Positions 60,868 through 64,000 of a DNA stretch of 64,000 nt are shown here, one piece after another. A model generated the notes under the pieces. The model was not told the DNA's origin, did no database searches, and saw nothing but the letters and a program-made list of their open reading frames with translations. Positions within the stretch are counted from its first letter, which is position 1. Every line of letters starts with the position of its first letter. Source of the stretch: Burkholderiales bacterium (GTDB lineage: Bacteria > Pseudomonadota > Gammaproteobacteria > Burkholderiales > Burkholderiaceae_C). The position numbers were made by a program, and so were the translations under genes. The stretch is taken from positions 9,881-73,880 of the forward strand of contig CANNRR010000001.1 of assembly GCA_947508055.1 (NCBI GenBank). The letters run 5' to 3'.

Positions 60868-62361
60868 TCAAGGATGGGATGCTTTGGCACCCTCGCTCAA
60901 AAGGCGATGGTAGAAACGGATCAACTCTGCATAGTTGGCGATGGCAATGCGTTCATTGGTGCCATGAAAACGCGACAGGTCCTCTGCTCTTGCCCGCACC
61001 GGAGAAAACTTGAAGACGTGGTCGCTGATGTTTCCAAAGTGGATGGAGTCGGTTCCGCCCAGCATCAGGCCTGGTGCCACCACCGTGCCGGGAAACACTT
61101 CGCGCACGGTGCGGTTCAGCAGTTTGTATTGCGCCGAGTCCATAGGCGCTACCTTGGACGCCTCGACCGCTCCAGGCAGCGCAAACAGTTCGAACTTGTC
61201 ATTGCCGGTGGTCTGGCTCACCTGTGCGCGCAGGCGCGCGGTGATCTGCTCCATGGTGTCACCTGGGAGCAGCCGGTAATTGATGGTGGCCTCGGCACGG
61301 CCGGGCAATACATTGTCCTTATTGCCTGCGTTGATCATGGTTAGCGCGGTGGTGGTGTGCATCATGGCGGCGGTGCTGGCACTGGCCTCCAGCTGCTTTT
61401 CCACAATCGGCCCAAACAGCCACAGGTTGGACAGCGCCACGCGCGAGAATCCGCTCATCTCTGGCGCGATAGTCGAAAACATATCATCAACAATGCCGCG
61501 AATGCCGCTGGGCAACTGGTCGTCGTCCACCCTTTTCAGCGCGGCGCTCATCATGGCGATGGCGCTGGTGCCCTTGGGCGGTGGCAACGAAGAGTGACCA
61601 GGAGTGGCCGACATTTTCAGCACAACCGACATGTAGCCTTTTTCTGCCACACCAATGACGGCGCCGGGTGGTTTGAGTCCAGGCAGTATTCCCTCGGTGA
61701 TCAACAGGCCTTCATCCAGCACCATGTCGAAATGGACCTTACGCTCTTTCAACAGCGCCGCAATTTTGGCAGCGCCCCGAAAGCCGGATACTTCCTCGTC
61801 GGCACCGAATGCCAGGTACACCGTGCGCTCGGGCTGGTAGCCACTGGCCACCAGCAATTCGACTGCCTCCAACTGCGCCAGGACGTTGCCCTTGTCATCC
61901 CATGAGCCACGCCCCCACACGAAGCCGTCTTTCACTGCGCCCGAGAAGGGTTCCTCGGTCCAGTCCTTTTCGGTACCGGGCGCCACCGGGACAACATCCT
62001 GGTGCGCCATCAGCAAGATGGGCTTGACATCGGCCTTGCTGCCCTGCCAGGTGTACAACAGGCTCAGATCCCCCACCACCTCGCGCTTCAGTGCGGCATG
62101 CAGTTTAGGAAAACGTTGTGCCAGCAGTGCGTGCAATTGCCTGAACTGATCAGCGTTGAGCGCGGCATCGTCTCGGGACGAGGTGGTGCGCAGGCGCACC
62201 GCTTCGCCAAGACGGGCAGCGGCACCTGCTTCATCAACCGGCAACACCGCAATGGGAGCGACGTCGAGTTGGCGCGAACCCTTGCGCAAGGTGTTGACGG
62301 CCAGTATCGCCACCAACAGGACCAGAGCGCCCAGCAGAACCCACAGTACTTTCTTGATCAC
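60868..62361 (-). CDS. M20 peptidase, PM20D1/carboxypeptidase S-like, with N-terminal membrane anchor
   Basis: AHQDVVP, GRGSWDDK, DEE, GGTD, HGTNE. Confidence 0.88.
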   Translation of the reverse strand: MIKKVLWVLLGALVLLVAILAVNTLRKGSRQLDVAPIAVLPVDEAGAAARLGEAVRLRTTSSRDDAALNADQFRQLHALLAQRFPKLHAALKREVVGDLSLLYTWQGSKADVKPILLMAHQDVVPVAPGTEKDWTEEPFSGAVKDGFVWGRGSWDDKGNVLAQLEAVELLVASGYQPERTVYLAFGADEEVSGFRGAAKIAALLKERKVHFDMVLDEGLLITEGILPGLKPPGAVIGVAEKGYMSVVLKMSATPGHSSLPPPKGTSAIAMMSAALKRVDDDQLPSGIRGIVDDMFSTIAPEMSGFSRVALSNLWLFGPIVEKQLEASASTAAMMHTTTALTMINAGNKDNVLPGRAEATINYRLLPGDTMEQITARLRAQVSQTTGNDKFELFALPGAVEASKVAPMDSAQYKLLNRTVREVFPGTVVAPGLMLGGTDSIHFGNISDHVFKFSPVRARAEDLSRFHGTNERIAIANYAELIRFYHRLLSEGAKASHP

Positions 62362-62371
62362 TGGGCCAGCC

Positions 62372-64000
62372 CTAATTGAAGGCTTTTCCTTCAGCAGCCA
62401 AACGCGCCAGCAGTGGCGCTGGCTGCCAGAACTTGGCGTCGTCCAACGGGTTGAGCGCAAAACGGTTCATGGCTTGAACCACGTTGAACAGGCCCACCTG
62501 GTCGGCATAGTTCATGGGGCCACCACGGTGCGCCGGGAAGCCATAGCCAAAGATGTAGACGATGTCGATATCGCTGGCCTTGTTGGCAATACCATCTTCC
62601 AGGATATGGGCCGCTTCGTTGACCAAGCTGAACACTAGGCGCTGCACAATTTCTTCGTCAGAGATCTTGCGCGGCGTGATGCCAAGCGACTTGCGGTGTT
62701 CTTCAATCATGGCCACCACTTCGGCGTTCGGAATGGCGTCGCGTTTGCCGGCCACATAGTCGTACCAACCGGCACCGGTCTTTTGGCCAAAGCGGCCCTT
62801 TTTGCACAGCAGATCAGCGGTCTTGCTGTACTTCATGTTGGGTTTTTCCTGGTAGCGGCGCTTGCGGATGGCCCAGCCAATGTCGTTGCCGGCCAGGTCG
62901 CCCATGCGGAACGGGCCCATGGCCATGCCGAATTTTTCCATAGCCTTGTCGACCTGCGCCGGTGTGCAGCCTTCGTCCAGCAGAAAACCGCCCTGGCGGC
63001 CATACTGTTCGATCATTCGGTTGCCAATAAAGCCATCGCACACACCCGACACCACAGCGGTCTTGCGAATCTTCTTGGCCACAGTTATGACGGTGGCCAT
63101 GACGTCCTTGGCGGTCTTGGCGCCACGCACCACTTCGAGCAGCTTCATCACGTTGGCCGGGCTGAAGAAGTGCAGGCCAACCACATCTTCAGGACGCTTG
63201 GTGAACGAGGCTATTTTGTTGACGTCCAGTGTGGACGTGTTGGACGCCAGAATGGCGCCGGGCTTCATGACGCGGTCGAGCTCCTTGAACACCGCCTCCT
63301 TGACACCAATTTCTTCAAATACGGCTTCGATCACCATGTCAACAGTGTTAAGGTCGTCGTAGCTCAAGGTTGTGGTCAACAACGCCATGCGCTCGTCGTA
63401 TTTGACCTGCTTGAGCTTGCCCTTCTTGACCTGCGCTTCGTAGTTCTTGCGGATGGTGGCCAAGCCGCGATCCAGTGCTTCCTGCTTCATTTCCAGCATC
63501 TTGACGGGGATACCGGCGTTCAGAAAGTTCATAGCAATGCCGCCGCCCATGGTGCCAGCGCCGATAACCGCTATTGAGTTGATAGCGCGTTGAGCAGTAT
63601 CTGCGGGGACATCCGGTATTTTTGATGCAGCACGTTCGGCCAAAAAGAGGTGGCGCAGGGACTTGCTCTCGGGCGTCCACATGAGATTGATGAATATCTC
63701 GCGTTCCACTGCCATTCCATCGTCAAATTTTTTCTTGGTGGCAGCCTCGACAGCATCGACGCACTTTGCGGGTGCGGGAAAGTTTTTGGACATGCCTTTG
63801 ACCATGTTGCGGGCAAACTGGAAGTACGCGTCGCCCTGCGGGTGTTTACACGGCAGGTTGCGCACCAAGGGCATGGGTCGTGCATCTGCCACCGAGCGGG
63901 CAAAGGCCAGCGCTTCGTCGGCCAGAGACTCGGTCGATGCTGCCACCTTATCAAACAACTTTTGGCCAGGCAACATGGCGAGCATCTCAGCCTTAATGGC
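62372..64000 (-). CDS. Bifunctional enoyl-CoA hydratase/3-hydroxyacyl-CoA dehydrogenase (5' end outside window)
   Basis: GAGTMGGG, EAVFE, SNTS, HFFSPA, GFIGNR. Confidence 0.95.
   Translation of the reverse strand, partial: AIKAEMLAMLPGQKLFDKVAASTESLADEALAFARSVADARPMPLVRNLPCKHPQGDAYFQFARNMVKGMSKNFPAPAKCVDAVEAATKKKFDDGMAVEREIFINLMWTPESKSLRHLFLAERAASKIPDVPADTAQRAINSIAVIGAGTMGGGIAMNFLNAGIPVKMLEMKQEALDRGLATIRKNYEAQVKKGKLKQVKYDERMALLTTTLSYDDLNTVDMVIEAVFEEIGVKEAVFKELDRVMKPGAILASNTSTLDVNKIASFTKRPEDVVGLHFFSPANVMKLLEVVRGAKTAKDVMATVITVAKKIRKTAVVSGVCDGFIGNRMIEQYGRQGGFLLDEGCTPAQVDKAMEKFGMAMGPFRMGDLAGNDIGWAIRKRRYQEKPNMKYSKTADLLCKKGRFGQKTGAGWYDYVAGKRDAIPNAEVVAMIEEHRKSLGITPRKISDEEIVQRLVFSLVNEAAHILEDGIANKASDIDIVYIFGYGFPAHRGGPMNYADQVGLFNVVQAMNRFALNPLDDAKFWQPAPLLARLAAEGKAFN
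63569..63625 (+). repeat. 57-bp dispersed motif copy, inside the dehydrogenase gene
   Basis: CGCTA TTGAGTTGA TAGC GCGTT GAGC AGTATCTG CGGGG ACATCCG GTAT TTTTGA. Confidence 0.78.

Noticed and set aside
1-64000. Prophage, IS, integron, defence or toxin-antitoxin systems
   Set aside because: No integrase, transposase, nuclease or phage-like proteins recognised; nearly all long ORFs fit housekeeping or phosphate-related families.

Overview
Core chromosomal segment of a betaproteobacterium; gene order and protein sequences suggest Comamonadaceae, Rhodoferax-like (inference). I found no prophage, transposase, CRISPR or defence system. Housekeeping blocks: mltD/recR-ybaB-dnaX/ffs, trxA-rho-rpmE2, rlmE-ftsH-folP-glmM, thrS-infC-rpmI-rplT-pheST-ihfA-merR, aceA, rraA, a SWIB protein, dppBCDFA and a beta-oxidation operon. 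Two things stand out. (1) A ~24-kb phosphate-starvation supercluster (9.5-33.7 kb) holds pstSCAB-phoU-phoBR, ppx, ppk1, sixA, CYTH-CHAD, an olsB-plcP-glycosyltransferase lipid-remodelling operon, an atypical pyruvate kinase with CorA, a porin, a lipoprotein phosphoesterase, a fasciclin lipoprotein, a histone H1-like protein and several micro-ORFs. At least 8 of its promoters carry readable Pho boxes. (2) An unannotated ~57-bp fixed-spacing motif (YGCTA-N9-TAGC-N7-GC-N8-CRRGSGCTAG-N6-ATTTG) occurs 10 times in both orientations. Five copies lie inside coding sequences, three apparently overprinted on conserved protein segments without insertion, which suggests a dispersed DNA-level signal rather than a mobile insertion. 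Also visible: a dnaX A9 slippage site, an ATC start for infC, a Thr-rich leader-peptide attenuator before thrS and REP-like hairpins. All calls were made by eye; no database searches were run.
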